The notes: generated by a model from the letters alone, not told the origin. 64,000 bases of DNA from a candidate division WWE3 bacterium RIFOXYC1_FULL_40_10 (GCA_001773215.1 MEWB01000001.1:550099-614098); one strand, 5' to 3'. Numbered from the stretch's first letter, positions 28,553-38,830 are shown. A program made the numbers and translations.

Positions 28553-29228
28553 ACCTAAATTTAATTAACGCAAATACTGCCGCAAAACCATCTTTCCAGG
28601 TTATATGTTTCCCCTCCGAAAACGCTCGTCCTTTGTAGGAGATTGGAACCTCCTTAATTTTCAGACCCGACTTTAAAATTTTTGCTGTAACCTCGGGCTC
28701 AAAATCAAATCTATTAGATCGGATGTTGAGATTACGCGCAAAAGTTCCCGGTATAAGTTTATAGCAGGTCTCCATATCTGTTAGCATGACACCGAAAAAG
28801 AGATTTGTAATTAAAGTGAGGGCTTTGTTGCCAAAATAATGTAGAGTAGACATATCCTTATAGTTACCTGAAAAACGTGAACCATAGATAACGTCAACTT
28901 TTTCCTCCTCGAGTGCTCTGAGTAGCTTTGCGTATTCAGCAGGGTCGTACTCCAAATCGGCATCTTGAACAATTACATAATCCCCGGTTGTTTCTTTGAA
29001 TCCTACAGCTAGAGTGTGCCCTTTTCCCATATTTTTCTCCTTAAGAGTTAGTTTCACATCAGGATATTTTAGCTTTAGTCCTTCGAGTTTTTTTGGAGTG
29101 CTATCCTTAGACGCATCATCTACTATCACAATCTCCTTCCCTAAAGGAGATGCACTGTAGACCCTGTCAACAATCTCTTCAATTGTGTCCTCTTCGTTAT
29201 ATACGGGTATAACAACGGAAAGCTTCAT
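28542..29228 (-). CDS. GT2 polyprenol-phosphate sugar synthase (DPM1-like, soluble)
   Basis: KLSVVIPVYNEEDTIEEIV ... VDDASKDST ... QDADLEYDP. Confidence 0.7.
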   Translation of the reverse strand: MKLSVVIPVYNEEDTIEEIVDRVYSASPLGKEIVIVDDASKDSTPKKLEGLKLKYPDVKLTLKEKNMGKGHTLAVGFKETTGDYVIVQDADLEYDPAEYAKLLRALEEEKVDVIYGSRFSGNYKDMSTLHYFGNKALTLITNLFFGVMLTDMETCYKLIPGTFARNLNIRSNRFDFEPEVTAKILKSGLKIKEVPISYKGRAFSEGKHITWKDGFAAVFALIKFRFVD

Positions 29229-29231
29229 AAA

Positions 29232-30743
29232 CTAATCCCTATTAAATTTGGCAATTTTTGTATAAAACTCTGCACCTTTAACATTATATCTGAATTCTTT
29301 AATTAGCTCTAAATATGGCCTTTTACTAAGATCCAGCTCCATGGATGTATTATGTTCGTTTGTGATTACCAGATAATCGATATTTTCATCAAGAAGTGCA
29401 GATTTTTCCAAATACCTGCTTTTGTCCATATTGTAATACCTGCCTTTCCTATTTGGTGTCGGATTAAGTAGATTGATGTACCAGTCGGAAACACTGCTCA
29501 CATCATTGTACACAAAATTACCGCTTAAATTTTCGTTAATATATTCTCCGGCATTTTTTACGGATATAAATATGTTTTGATGGTCCTTGATAATTAAAAA
29601 TGACCATACAAGGCATGAAAAAACTAATAAGTATCTGGGATCAAATCGCTTAAACTTGACCAAACTTACTGCAAAAATAACAGCCTGAATTGCCAAAATC
29701 AGCAAAAAGCCTATTTTATCGGAAACAAGAAACTGCAGTTTAAGAAAATACTGACTCACTAATAAAAACCCAAAAAAGAAGATATGCAAGATAAAAAATC
29801 TCGGCTCATTATCCCAAAATTTCACAAATAAAATAATAAAAAAGGGTATTATGGGAACGAATAATCGGGGGATTGCTGCCGGCCAAAGAAGAATAATTAT
29901 CAATTCCATAACTAAAAAAACAGACAGGGGTATATGTTTGATTAATAGATCTTTGATATCTTTGGCTTTTGATAAAAGGATAGCCCCTTGTGAGTAAATG
30001 CCTAAAAAGTACAAGAAAGAAGCAAGATATGTCCAAATCATTAGCGCACCATAACTTCTGCCAGCCGGCTCCTGCAGATAGCTTGACCCAAAAGGATTGA
30101 AAAAAACTACGTAAGGTAACCAAATCACCAGAAGAGCCGCTCCGAACAAAAGTGTGTTAAGCAGTTTTGTTTTGTGTACTAGTAAGACCCCCAAAGAAAT
30201 ACTTGCAGTGAGTATATAACCCTCAAATCTGGTCATTATGGCCAAACCACATGTAATACCTAATAAGATCAATGCCCAAGGCCTGAAGCTCTTTTTATGA
30301 CAGTAGAATAAATAAAAAGCAAGTAACACCAACAGGCTGAATAATACATCCGACATTACCCTTATTGACCAATACAAGTAAACAGGGTTAAACATAAAGA
30401 GCAGCTTTGCAAACAGCTGCGTCTTAGCGTCGGGAACAAACTCTTTAATAAGTTGTGAGAACACCAAAAATGATGCCAGGCTGAGTATTAAGACCACTCC
30501 CCTACCCCATAATACGGGGTCCAGCTTTTCCACAGGCCTTAACGACAGTATAAAGGCAAATAACGGGGGCCTTTTTTCATCAGAGGGGTAGGTACCCTGT
30601 TTAATGAACTCCGCGGCTCTTAATATCCTGTATGAATCCCCCCATTCAGCGACGTTAAAGGAAAATAACGAAACGTGAATTAAAAGAAATAACCCAAATG
30701 CTAATACAGAAGGCTTAAATAAAATGGTCTTTAGCATAGTCAT
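29232..30743 (-). CDS. Polytopic membrane protein, probable GT-C family glycosyltransferase
   Basis: More than 10 TM helices, an acidic loop motif (PSDEKRPPL), and a C-terminal soluble segment. Confidence 0.4.
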   Translation of the reverse strand: MTMLKTILFKPSVLAFGLFLLIHVSLFSFNVAEWGDSYRILRAAEFIKQGTYPSDEKRPPLFAFILSLRPVEKLDPVLWGRGVVLILSLASFLVFSQLIKEFVPDAKTQLFAKLLFMFNPVYLYWSIRVMSDVLFSLLVLLAFYLFYCHKKSFRPWALILLGITCGLAIMTRFEGYILTASISLGVLLVHKTKLLNTLLFGAALLVIWLPYVVFFNPFGSSYLQEPAGRSYGALMIWTYLASFLYFLGIYSQGAILLSKAKDIKDLLIKHIPLSVFLVMELIIILLWPAAIPRLFVPIIPFFIILFVKFWDNEPRFFILHIFFFGFLLVSQYFLKLQFLVSDKIGFLLILAIQAVIFAVSLVKFKRFDPRYLLVFSCLVWSFLIIKDHQNIFISVKNAGEYINENLSGNFVYNDVSSVSDWYINLLNPTPNRKGRYYNMDKSRYLEKSALLDENIDYLVITNEHNTSMELDLSKRPYLELIKEFRYNVKGAEFYTKIAKFNRD

Positions 30744-31917
30744 AAACTCGCTTCAACTCCTTAGCTCTCATATCCCAGGAATAAGTGCTCCAAATTTTCG
30801 TACTCTCAACAATCGGCGGATTATCAATCATACTTTTTACCTGCGCCGCAAGATCTTTGGGGTCGTCATTATTATCTATATACTCAAGCCCCGAGATATC
30901 TTGAGAAACTTTTACCGCCTTGGATACAAGAACCGGTACACCGCAAGATAGACTTTCCATCAAAACCTTTGGCATGCCTTCAAACTCTGAGGGCAGCACA
31001 AAAAGGTCCGACATCTGATACGCAATCGGAGCCTGAGGATAAGGTGTGTATCCCACCCTTAAAACCCTATTCTCCAAACCTCTCTTCCTAATCGTTTCCT
31101 GGATAATTTGAACATAAGAAGGGTCTCCAGAACCCACTAAAACAAGTTTAAAGTATGGGGGAAGAAAGGACATCATTTCTACCAGCTTGTGAACGCCTTT
31201 TCTCTCTACTAGGTAACCTAGGTACAAAATTACCTTATCGAACATGTCTAAACCTAGGTCGTGACGGGATTTTTCTTTTTCGTTTTGTGCTACTTTTGTA
31301 AACCTTTTGGGGTTCACACCGGATTCAATTACAAAGCATTTATCTTCTTTTACTCCATAATGAGTTATGGCTTCTTGCTTCAGTTGATCACTAACAAACA
31401 CACAAGCATCTGCAACGTCGGCAGCCAATCGGTCAGAGTATTCGCTCATGGGCCAGCCTATTAACTGAGAAGTAATCTTTGGCCTACCGATTTTTTCCAG
31501 CGATTCCTTTCTTCCGGCTGCAGTGTTGTGAAAATGAACTACCAGAGGTGTCATAAGTTCGTCCGACCAGGGCATATACTTCTTTAAAAACTTCCTATAC
31601 AGGTAAATCCAAACTCCAAAGTGCCCATGGCAATGGATCATATCTACCTTGTTTTCCTTTTTCTTTCTAAAGGATAGGTACTTAAAAAATAGCGCAATCG
31701 AACTTGTAAAAAAAACCGTGTCTGGAATAGGTTCTCTCCAAATAGGGAAAATTTTAAGCCCTTCTGGTACCTCCAACTCACCGGCCTTGGGCCATCTGCC
31801 ACAAAATACCGTCACCTCATCACCTTGCTTGAGCTGAGAAACAGTGAGTTCGTAGGGATGAGGGGCTAATCCAAGCCAAGGAGGTGGCCAATCGTATACT
31901 ATTCTGAGTATTTTCAT
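30715..31917 (-). CDS. Glycosyltransferase family 1 (GT4)
   Basis: EGMPKVLMESLSCGVPVLVS E-x7-E motif. Confidence 0.7.
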   Translation of the reverse strand: MKILRIVYDWPPPWLGLAPHPYELTVSQLKQGDEVTVFCGRWPKAGELEVPEGLKIFPIWREPIPDTVFFTSSIALFFKYLSFRKKKENKVDMIHCHGHFGVWIYLYRKFLKKYMPWSDELMTPLVVHFHNTAAGRKESLEKIGRPKITSQLIGWPMSEYSDRLAADVADACVFVSDQLKQEAITHYGVKEDKCFVIESGVNPKRFTKVAQNEKEKSRHDLGLDMFDKVILYLGYLVERKGVHKLVEMMSFLPPYFKLVLVGSGDPSYVQIIQETIRKRGLENRVLRVGYTPYPQAPIAYQMSDLFVLPSEFEGMPKVLMESLSCGVPVLVSKAVKVSQDISGLEYIDNNDDPKDLAAQVKSMIDNPPIVESTKIWSTYSWDMRAKELKRVYDYAKDHFI

Positions 31918-33098
31918 TTTTTAACAAGCTCCATAATTAGTTCATTATAGCTGTTAATCATACTTTCGACTGAAAAAGTTTGCTCAAACCGTACTCTGCT
32001 GTTTCTTCCCATGCTTTCTCTAAGCTTTACGTCTGCCACTAAGCTCTCCAATTTTTGAGAAAAACATGCAATCTCATCCTCTTTACATAGAAATCCTGTA
32101 ATTTTGTCGATTACGGCATCTTTTGTTCCCCCCATGTCGAATGCAATAATAGGAATGCCACTCATACCGGCCTCAACCAACACCATAGGAAATCCCTCAT
32201 ACCTGCGAGTTGGAAATAGGAACACGGTAGCTTTTGAATAAAAGCTCGGAATCTCCTCAAATGGGACTTTCCCATGAATGATAATTTTGTCCGCTAAACC
32301 CAGTTCCGCGACTTTGGATTTTAGGGAGCTTAATTCAGGCCCATCTCCAATGATATCCATTTTGTATTGATAGCTTCCCAGCCTCTGTGCCAACTCCGGT
32401 AAATAGTTCACACCCTTCTCACGCTCTAATCTGCCTATAAACAATATGTTTACCGGTGAATAATCCTTGTCAGAAACATCAAAATCCAACGGAGATACGC
32501 CATTGTAAACTACCCTAATTTTTTCCTCCGGACAGTGTACCTCATCGATTATTGAGTTCTTTACAAAGCTCGACACCGCAACAATTTTGTTTGCTTTATG
32601 GAGATATTCTCTCTGCCTGGTAAAAAAGTTTGTGAGAGAATACACGGTATCTCGTATCACTTTATACAGATCTGAGGGGTTCTGCAGTTTAAAATTTTTC
32701 AATCTTGTTCTTATTTCACTTATTATCGTGCCATGAGCAATGGATATTGCAGGTATCTGAAGTTCTTCTTTATGACCCAATACACCTATACCAGCGCTAC
32801 TTTGGCTGATTATCAAATCGAAAGGTTGCCTGGCATGATATTTTTCGAAAACTTTATAGGATTTTACCGCCCAGTTATTGGAGCCGGTTGAAAATAACAT
32901 TCTGTAAACAGAAGGTATAAAAACGTAGTCTACTCCATTTTGTGACAGGATCCCATCCGGAACGGATCCCTGAGGTGTAAAAATAGTAACCTTATGTCCT
33001 AAGCGGACTAATCCCTCACACAAAACTTTATTCTGAGTTTCAAAGCCACCACTACCTTTGTGAAATGTGGTCTTCTTAATAAAAACAGAAATATTCAT
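31914..33098 (-). CDS. Glycosyltransferase family 1 (GT4)
   Basis: EGFPMVLVEAGMSGIPIIAFDMGG. Confidence 0.7.
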   Translation of the reverse strand: MNISVFIKKTTFHKGSGGFETQNKVLCEGLVRLGHKVTIFTPQGSVPDGILSQNGVDYVFIPSVYRMLFSTGSNNWAVKSYKVFEKYHARQPFDLIISQSSAGIGVLGHKEELQIPAISIAHGTIISEIRTRLKNFKLQNPSDLYKVIRDTVYSLTNFFTRQREYLHKANKIVAVSSFVKNSIIDEVHCPEEKIRVVYNGVSPLDFDVSDKDYSPVNILFIGRLEREKGVNYLPELAQRLGSYQYKMDIIGDGPELSSLKSKVAELGLADKIIIHGKVPFEEIPSFYSKATVFLFPTRRYEGFPMVLVEAGMSGIPIIAFDMGGTKDAVIDKITGFLCKEDEIACFSQKLESLVADVKLRESMGRNSRVRFEQTFSVESMINSYNELIMELVKK

Positions 33099-33113
33099 AG
33101 TAGGACCAGTATA

Positions 33114-34337
33114 TTACTTTAAGAGGTAACTCTCTAACTTTATAACATTTTCATCAAGATTAAATTTTAGTCTGAGCTCGGCATTTGCTTTTTTGCTTAA
33201 AGTCTCCCTCAGAGAACGGTTCAAAATCATTTTTTCGATGCTATCAGCTAATGCTTGCGAGTTTTGAGGAGGAACTATTAAAGAATTAATGCCATCTTTA
33301 AATGCTTCCTGAATGCTTCCTGTTGAGGTAGCGATGACAGGAACCTGCAGTGCCGAGGCCTCAATTAGCGCATTAGGGATCCCCTCAGCATCCTTCTCCT
33401 TTGTTTCTAAACTAGGCAGTACAAATACAGTGGCATTTGCCAAATATGATAGGGCTTCCTTGTTTGGTAAGCCATGTCCCTCCCCCAATATCTCCACAAT
33501 TCCCTGCAATCCAGCATTCTTGATAAGCTCCAGATACTCGGAATATTTTGACCCCGGGCCAATAATAGTCACTTTATGAATAATGCTCCTCTGCTTCAAA
33601 ATAGCTGAGGCTTCTATCAGATACGTCAGCCCTTTTTTCTCCTCCAATCGGCCAATAGATACTACAGTAGGTACTGCTGGTTCCGTAAGCTGTTCGACTG
33701 AATCTCTTTTGATTTCGGAAAAGTTTACCCCATGGTAGATCAGTACAACCTTATCAGGAGAAATTTTTGAGCAAACATCAAAAGCTTTTTTGTTACATAT
33801 AGCTGTAAAGTCGGCTCTGGCTATTTTTTTATCAAGAAGCTCGGGATTTAACGACTTTTGACTGGCCCGCCCAAAAACGTCTCGGGCGTGCCCGGATAAA
33901 CTTAGGGGAATATCTTCCAGAACAGATACTAGAAGACCTATTGTAGAAGGCTCAGATAGAAAATGGCAGTGTAACCGGCTTGGGTGATACCTCTTAACTA
34001 TTCGGGCAAAACCCACAGATTTGATAAATAAATATAGGTTCTGAAGGAAATTTCGATTTGTATTTGCAAGTATAATTTCATACGCGGCAAAAGCCCTGGG
34101 AAAATTGATAAAAGCCCTGATTAGCCCAAACACCACATCCACTATCCCCAGCTTTATATAGGAAACACGCCTGGAAAGAGAATCCGACATTGCCCCGGTC
34201 CCCTTTTTTAGGGATAAAACTAAGATATCCAGGTTATCTCTTGCAATTAAAACTTCTATTTCCCGCGATATAAAGGTCTCACTAAGAACGGGAAACTCGG
34301 GCACAAATATCAATACTCTTGGCTTATTAGTGGTCAT
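33114..34337 (-). CDS. Glycosyltransferase family 1 (GT4)
   Basis: EGIPNALIEASALQVPVIAT. Confidence 0.7.
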   Translation of the reverse strand: MTTNKPRVLIFVPEFPVLSETFISREIEVLIARDNLDILVLSLKKGTGAMSDSLSRRVSYIKLGIVDVVFGLIRAFINFPRAFAAYEIILANTNRNFLQNLYLFIKSVGFARIVKRYHPSRLHCHFLSEPSTIGLLVSVLEDIPLSLSGHARDVFGRASQKSLNPELLDKKIARADFTAICNKKAFDVCSKISPDKVVLIYHGVNFSEIKRDSVEQLTEPAVPTVVSIGRLEEKKGLTYLIEASAILKQRSIIHKVTIIGPGSKYSEYLELIKNAGLQGIVEILGEGHGLPNKEALSYLANATVFVLPSLETKEKDAEGIPNALIEASALQVPVIATSTGSIQEAFKDGINSLIVPPQNSQALADSIEKMILNRSLRETLSKKANAELRLKFNLDENVIKLESYLLK

Positions 34338-35697
34338 TATTTAGAACGGCTTTCTGATAAACTTTATCTTTCTCAGCTAATAATTCAACACCATTAGTTC
34401 TTTTGCCTACAGCGAAATATACAAAACCCATGTTTTGCACTTTCTCAACATTGAGCATGTTTCTTCCATCGAATATAAGCGGGTTAGCTAATAGATTTTT
34501 TGTTCTAGATAGATCGATAGTACCAAACTCCTTCCAATCTGTAAGGATGAACAAGGCGTCGGATTTTTCCATAACCTCATATGAATCTAAACAATAGCTA
34601 ATATTGTCCTCGCCTAACACTCTCTTGGAATTATACATGGCCTGGGGGTCATAAACCTTGAGTTTAGCACCCATCCCGCGTAACACTTTTACTACCTCTA
34701 TAGCGACCGAATCCCTGATATCATCTGTGTCCCCTTTAAATGCTAGCCCCAAAACACCCAACGACTTTCCACTTAGGTTTTTTCCCAGATGTAGGGTGAC
34801 ATTTTTTAGGAAATTGTATTTCATCCGTTCATTCACTTCCATAACACCACGTAGCAGCTTAAAATCGTATGCTTGGTCGGTTGATGTTCTATACAAAGCA
34901 GCAACGTCTTTAGGAAAACAGCTCCCTCCATACCCTATACCTGCTCTTAAAAATTTGGGCCCTATCCTACTGTCCAAACCCATACCTTTTGCTACTGTAG
35001 AAATATCCGCGTGGGCTCTCTCACATATCTGAGCTATTTCGTTAATAAAACTTATTTTAGTAGCTAAAAAAGCATTGGAAGCATATTTAATTAGTTCTGC
35101 TGACCTAAGATCACACTCCACTATCGGGGTTCCAAGGTGGGTATAAAGGTTCTTTAATATTCCCAATGCCTTTGGAGAGTTTGAACCAATTACTGTTCTG
35201 TCAGTAGTTCGCATATCCTCCACAGAACTTCCTTCTCTTAGAAACTCCGGGTTTGAAGCTACGTCAAACTCCACCGGACTCTTAAGGTTCTGCCTGATAA
35301 GCTCGTAAACTCTTTCGTTAGTGCCAACGGGAACTGTACTTTTTGTTACAATCACTTTGTAGTCAGTTAAACTTTCACCTATTTGCTTAGCTACCGCTAA
35401 CACAGCAGATAAATCCGCCGCTCCCGTATCATCTTGTGGGGTACCTACACAGATGAATACAATCTCCGCATGTGCAATACCTTCAGCCATATCCGTAGTA
35501 AAAGAAAGCCTTTTTTCACCAATATTTCTTACAACAATTTCGGCAAGGCCGGGCTCGTATATCGGCATCTCTCCCGCCTTGATTTTCTCAATTTTAGCTG
35601 AATCTATATCAACACCAATTACTTCATTTCCCCAATCGGAAAAAATTGCTGCTCCGACGAGTCCAACATATCCTGTTCCTATTACGCAAAGTTTCAT
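34327..35697 (-). CDS. ugd: Nucleotide-sugar 6-dehydrogenase (UDP-glucose 6-dehydrogenase family)
   Basis: MKLCVIGTGYVGLVGAA N-terminal Rossmann fold and the catalytic GGSCFPKD. Confidence 0.75.
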   Translation of the reverse strand: MKLCVIGTGYVGLVGAAIFSDWGNEVIGVDIDSAKIEKIKAGEMPIYEPGLAEIVVRNIGEKRLSFTTDMAEGIAHAEIVFICVGTPQDDTGAADLSAVLAVAKQIGESLTDYKVIVTKSTVPVGTNERVYELIRQNLKSPVEFDVASNPEFLREGSSVEDMRTTDRTVIGSNSPKALGILKNLYTHLGTPIVECDLRSAELIKYASNAFLATKISFINEIAQICERAHADISTVAKGMGLDSRIGPKFLRAGIGYGGSCFPKDVAALYRTSTDQAYDFKLLRGVMEVNERMKYNFLKNVTLHLGKNLSGKSLGVLGLAFKGDTDDIRDSVAIEVVKVLRGMGAKLKVYDPQAMYNSKRVLGEDNISYCLDSYEVMEKSDALFILTDWKEFGTIDLSRTKNLLANPLIFDGRNMLNVEKVQNMGFVYFAVGKRTNGVELLAEKDKVYQKAVLNNDH

Positions 35698-35728
35698 ACT
35701 ACAATAGTGACCTCAAACAAATACTTAT

Positions 35729-36502
35729 CTAGGGGTCGAGGTTTCTGGCGGAATTATATCTACCCAAAAAGCCGTTTAGGCTTATCTTAAAAACATCCCA
35801 TGCCATTTTGATTGAGTCCTTAACATGGCTTAATCTGTTCGTTTTTACGTAAGTCCAAACCACAGGTACTGACTTAATTTTGTAACCCAGCCTCTGTGCA
35901 ATTAGTAAGGCTTCTACATCCCAAGCCCCGAGATATGCAGCTTTAGTGGGTTTCTCATTCTTCCCGTACACTCTAAATCTTGGAAAAATATCTTGAGCCG
36001 CTTTGTTTGTAAAAAGCTTAAAACCACATTGGGTATCTGAAATTCCCTTAACTGCGACTATTCTTATCCAAAGATTAAATATCCTCCCCATAATATGCCT
36101 TATCAGGGGTTCCTTAATCCTTTTAGCTCCTATGCCCTCTCTGGAAGCAATAACGATATCGTAGCCGTGATCAGTAGACCAAACCAAAAGCTTTTTTATT
36201 TCTTGAATCGGCGCCGCCAAATCTGCGTCGGTCATCAATATATAATCTCCTTTGGCCGCACTCATTGCTCTCCAAATATTATAACTTTTCCCAAAATGAA
36301 CATTGTCCAGGATTACTATCCTTGGTTCACTCTTTTGATATGACTTTATCAGTTCGACCGTGTTATCTGTGCTTCCATCGTTAGAGATTACAATTTCAAA
36401 ATCAGGCTGATAATTCCCCATAAAATTAATGATTTGAGTGAGAGTGGACGCAATTTTATCGCTCTCATTATAAACAGACATAATTATTGATATTTTAGGC
36501 AT
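35729..36502 (-). CDS. GT2 polyprenol-phosphate glycosyltransferase (dolichyl-phosphate glucosyl/mannosyl-transferase-like)
   Basis: KISIIMSVYNESDKI ... ISNDGSTDNT ... TDADLAAP. Confidence 0.7.
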   Translation of the reverse strand: MPKISIIMSVYNESDKIASTLTQIINFMGNYQPDFEIVISNDGSTDNTVELIKSYQKSEPRIVILDNVHFGKSYNIWRAMSAAKGDYILMTDADLAAPIQEIKKLLVWSTDHGYDIVIASREGIGAKRIKEPLIRHIMGRIFNLWIRIVAVKGISDTQCGFKLFTNKAAQDIFPRFRVYGKNEKPTKAAYLGAWDVEALLIAQRLGYKIKSVPVVWTYVKTNRLSHVKDSIKMAWDVFKISLNGFLGRYNSARNLDP

Positions 36503-37619
36503 TTCTTTTCTCCCGCCAAATTACTTTACTATATATTGTAAAGTTCCAAATCAAGCCCAAAATAACTCCCGTGAAAAAAGCGCTGTTTGAAACAAGGAAA
36601 CTATCCCCAAAGTACTGTACAGACCAGGATATTATCTTTGCTCTAACAATAATAGGTATCAGTGAAGAAATGTAATAAACAACAAAACTTTGTACCGTTT
36701 TTTGTAGACCTGATATTTTTCTGTCGCCAAATGACCAAAAATTATTTAAATAATAAGTGACACCTATAGCTACCAAACCCGAAAGTAACGCGCCAAGTTC
36801 GGAATTTCCAGTGAAGATTCGTAATATATTAAAAAGTGTTGTATCCGTAAAAAGCCCTACTAAACCCACTGAAAGAAATCTGAGTAAACTTTTGGAATCC
36901 GCAATTTTTAATGCAATAACAACCTTTAACGACTCCAGTGGGTTATTACGCTCCATTTTTGACTCACCTTCGGACCTAACATGGAAATGGATCGGAAGTT
37001 CTTTTATTTTGGCACCTAATTTATTCATTCTAAATAGCAAATCGATTTTATATGCAAATCCTTTTGTCATTATTGAATCTAAGTCGAGGCTATCCACAAA
37101 ACCCTTTACTCTAGAGGCTTTAAAACCTGTAGTGAAATCGTTAACCTGGGGAATACCCAATACAATTTTTGTAAAAATATTTCCACCTATACTCAAAACT
37201 TTCCGATAAAACTCCCAATCTCTGGGAATACTCCCACCCTTGGCAAACCTTGATCCTATAACATAATCGTACCCATGTTCTATTTCAGAGATGAACCGAC
37301 TTATATCATTGGGGTCATGTTGAAAATCAGCATCCATTTCCATTATCACATCTGCATTTAACTCTCTCATGGCATGCTTGAAACCCAATATATATGCAGC
37401 CCCCAAACCGTTTTTCTTTTCCTCAACCAGCAAGTGAATCCAATCTGCTGTGCTTTGTTTACTTTTTACAATTTGTGACGTACCGTCCGGAGAATTTCCA
37501 TCGACTATTAAGACCTGGATATCGTGTGATGACCCCGCTCTTTGCGTTCTTAAAGCCTCAATATAGGGCCCGATATTTTTAGCTTCGTTGTAAGTAGGAA
37601 CAACAATTACTATTCTCAT
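36495..37619 (-). CDS. GT2 polyprenol-monophosphate sugar synthase with a C-terminal GtrA-like 4-TM domain
   Basis: MRIVIVVPTYNEAKNI ... LIVDGNSPDGT ... MDADFQHDP, then 4 C-terminal TM helices. Confidence 0.7.
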   Translation of the reverse strand: MRIVIVVPTYNEAKNIGPYIEALRTQRAGSSHDIQVLIVDGNSPDGTSQIVKSKQSTADWIHLLVEEKKNGLGAAYILGFKHAMRELNADVIMEMDADFQHDPNDISRFISEIEHGYDYVIGSRFAKGGSIPRDWEFYRKVLSIGGNIFTKIVLGIPQVNDFTTGFKASRVKGFVDSLDLDSIMTKGFAYKIDLLFRMNKLGAKIKELPIHFHVRSEGESKMERNNPLESLKVVIALKIADSKSLLRFLSVGLVGLFTDTTLFNILRIFTGNSELGALLSGLVAIGVTYYLNNFWSFGDRKISGLQKTVQSFVVYYISSLIPIIVRAKIISWSVQYFGDSFLVSNSAFFTGVILGLIWNFTIYSKVIWREKRNA

Positions 37620-37885
37620 AAAAGTATGGCTACAAACAATAACAGAAAGGCAAAAGTGCCAACGAGCGTATATTCTAAACCAATTTCAAAATTTAAGCGA
37701 GACTCTTTTTTGTGATGGATAATGCCCATTATCGAATAAAGGGCGCACCCTGCAAAGGAAAGTATTAGAATAGCGGGCTTGTTGTGTTGAAATATTAGTA
37801 ACAGCGAAAGAATTAGCAGTACGCTTATTACAATTAGCATGTAAATTCCGGTGTGCCCTTTTTGGTTAGCCATATTAAAGTACAA
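37616..37885 (-). CDS. Small 2-3 TM membrane protein (DUF2304-like), the typical partner of the preceding GT2
   Basis: 89 aa, hydrophobic, and translationally coupled. Confidence 0.4.
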   Translation of the reverse strand: MYFNMANQKGHTGIYMLIVISVLLILSLLLIFQHNKPAILILSFAGCALYSIMGIIHHKKESRLNFEIGLEYTLVGTFAFLLLFVAILL

Positions 37886-38813
37886 TCCCCGGCGAAATAA
37901 TAAACCAAATACTAATTAGAACTGCAACAAATAATGTTAAATGAAAAACTGAGTGTCCATTGAACTTAAGTATTCCTTTCCTTCGGGAATACCAAATATC
38001 CAAAACTAATAATGCAGTGATAAATGCGCCTAAGAAAGTTCCAAGGGTTCTGATTGCCGAGGGTAGGTCGATAAGTAGGTTAGACGCTGGGACTGGTTCG
38101 GGTACAACAACCTGCTGGATATCGTTCTCCGACTGAACGCTGGGAGCAACTTGCGTCGAATTATCAAGCTTACTCAGTAAACCCTCCTGGTCATCAATTT
38201 TCGCAATGCGAGCAGGATTCCTTGGTCTTCCAAACATCTGAACCACTAAAGTAGTTTCATAGCCGTCCAACACTCCGTTCACCACTGCGAACCCTATTTC
38301 ATCATAATTTGGGCTTAGTAAATTACTCCTGTGGGAAGGGGAGTTATACCAAGCAGACACAACATCGCCAGACTGGCTAAAGTTTTTGGCTAAATTTTCT
38401 CCTGCATACACATAGTCGTAGCCCTCAGCTAATATAAAAGCCCACGGCTCTACTCCATCGGGGGAGATATGCGCCCAATAGCTTTTTTCAAACATATGGT
38501 GTGCCTTTTTTTCAGCTGCAGCAGATAAAGTAGCGCTCAAAACTAACGCCTTTTGGCCACTTTTTGCACGGGTACTATTTGTACTTTCGAGTAAGTCTCT
38601 GATAGAAATATCCGATGCGTAGCCTAAAACACCAGGAATGAACACAGGTAATATTCGAAATAGGAAAGCTATTAGTAAAATCAATATGCAGTACACTGCA
38701 AAGGCTTTATTGGACAACAATGTTGCTCTTTTATTTTCAATAGGGTGGGGAAGAAACTGATATTTATCTATTGCCTTGGATTGATTTCTCCAGTTTTTTA
38801 CTAGTGCTATCAT
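37875..38813 (-). CDS. Membrane-anchored CAP / SCP / PR-1-like (YkwD-type) domain protein
   Basis: HHMFEKSYWAHISPDG ... GENLA ... AWYNSPSHRSNLLSPNYDEIGFAV is a CAP domain. It has an N-terminal TM helix and C-terminal TM helices. Confidence 0.6.
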   Translation of the reverse strand: MIALVKNWRNQSKAIDKYQFLPHPIENKRATLLSNKAFAVYCILILLIAFLFRILPVFIPGVLGYASDISIRDLLESTNSTRAKSGQKALVLSATLSAAAEKKAHHMFEKSYWAHISPDGVEPWAFILAEGYDYVYAGENLAKNFSQSGDVVSAWYNSPSHRSNLLSPNYDEIGFAVVNGVLDGYETTLVVQMFGRPRNPARIAKIDDQEGLLSKLDNSTQVAPSVQSENDIQQVVVPEPVPASNLLIDLPSAIRTLGTFLGAFITALLVLDIWYSRRKGILKFNGHSVFHLTLFVAVLISIWFIISPGIVL

Positions 38814-38830
38814 CCTAACAATTGTAGCAT

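Noticed and set aside
34327-35697. Assigning the dehydrogenase specifically as GDP-mannose dehydrogenase because Gmd is nearby
   Set aside because: The GGSCFPKD and N-terminal motifs fit the general UDP-glucose/GDP-mannose dehydrogenase family. Substrate specificity cannot be read from the sequence without alignment.
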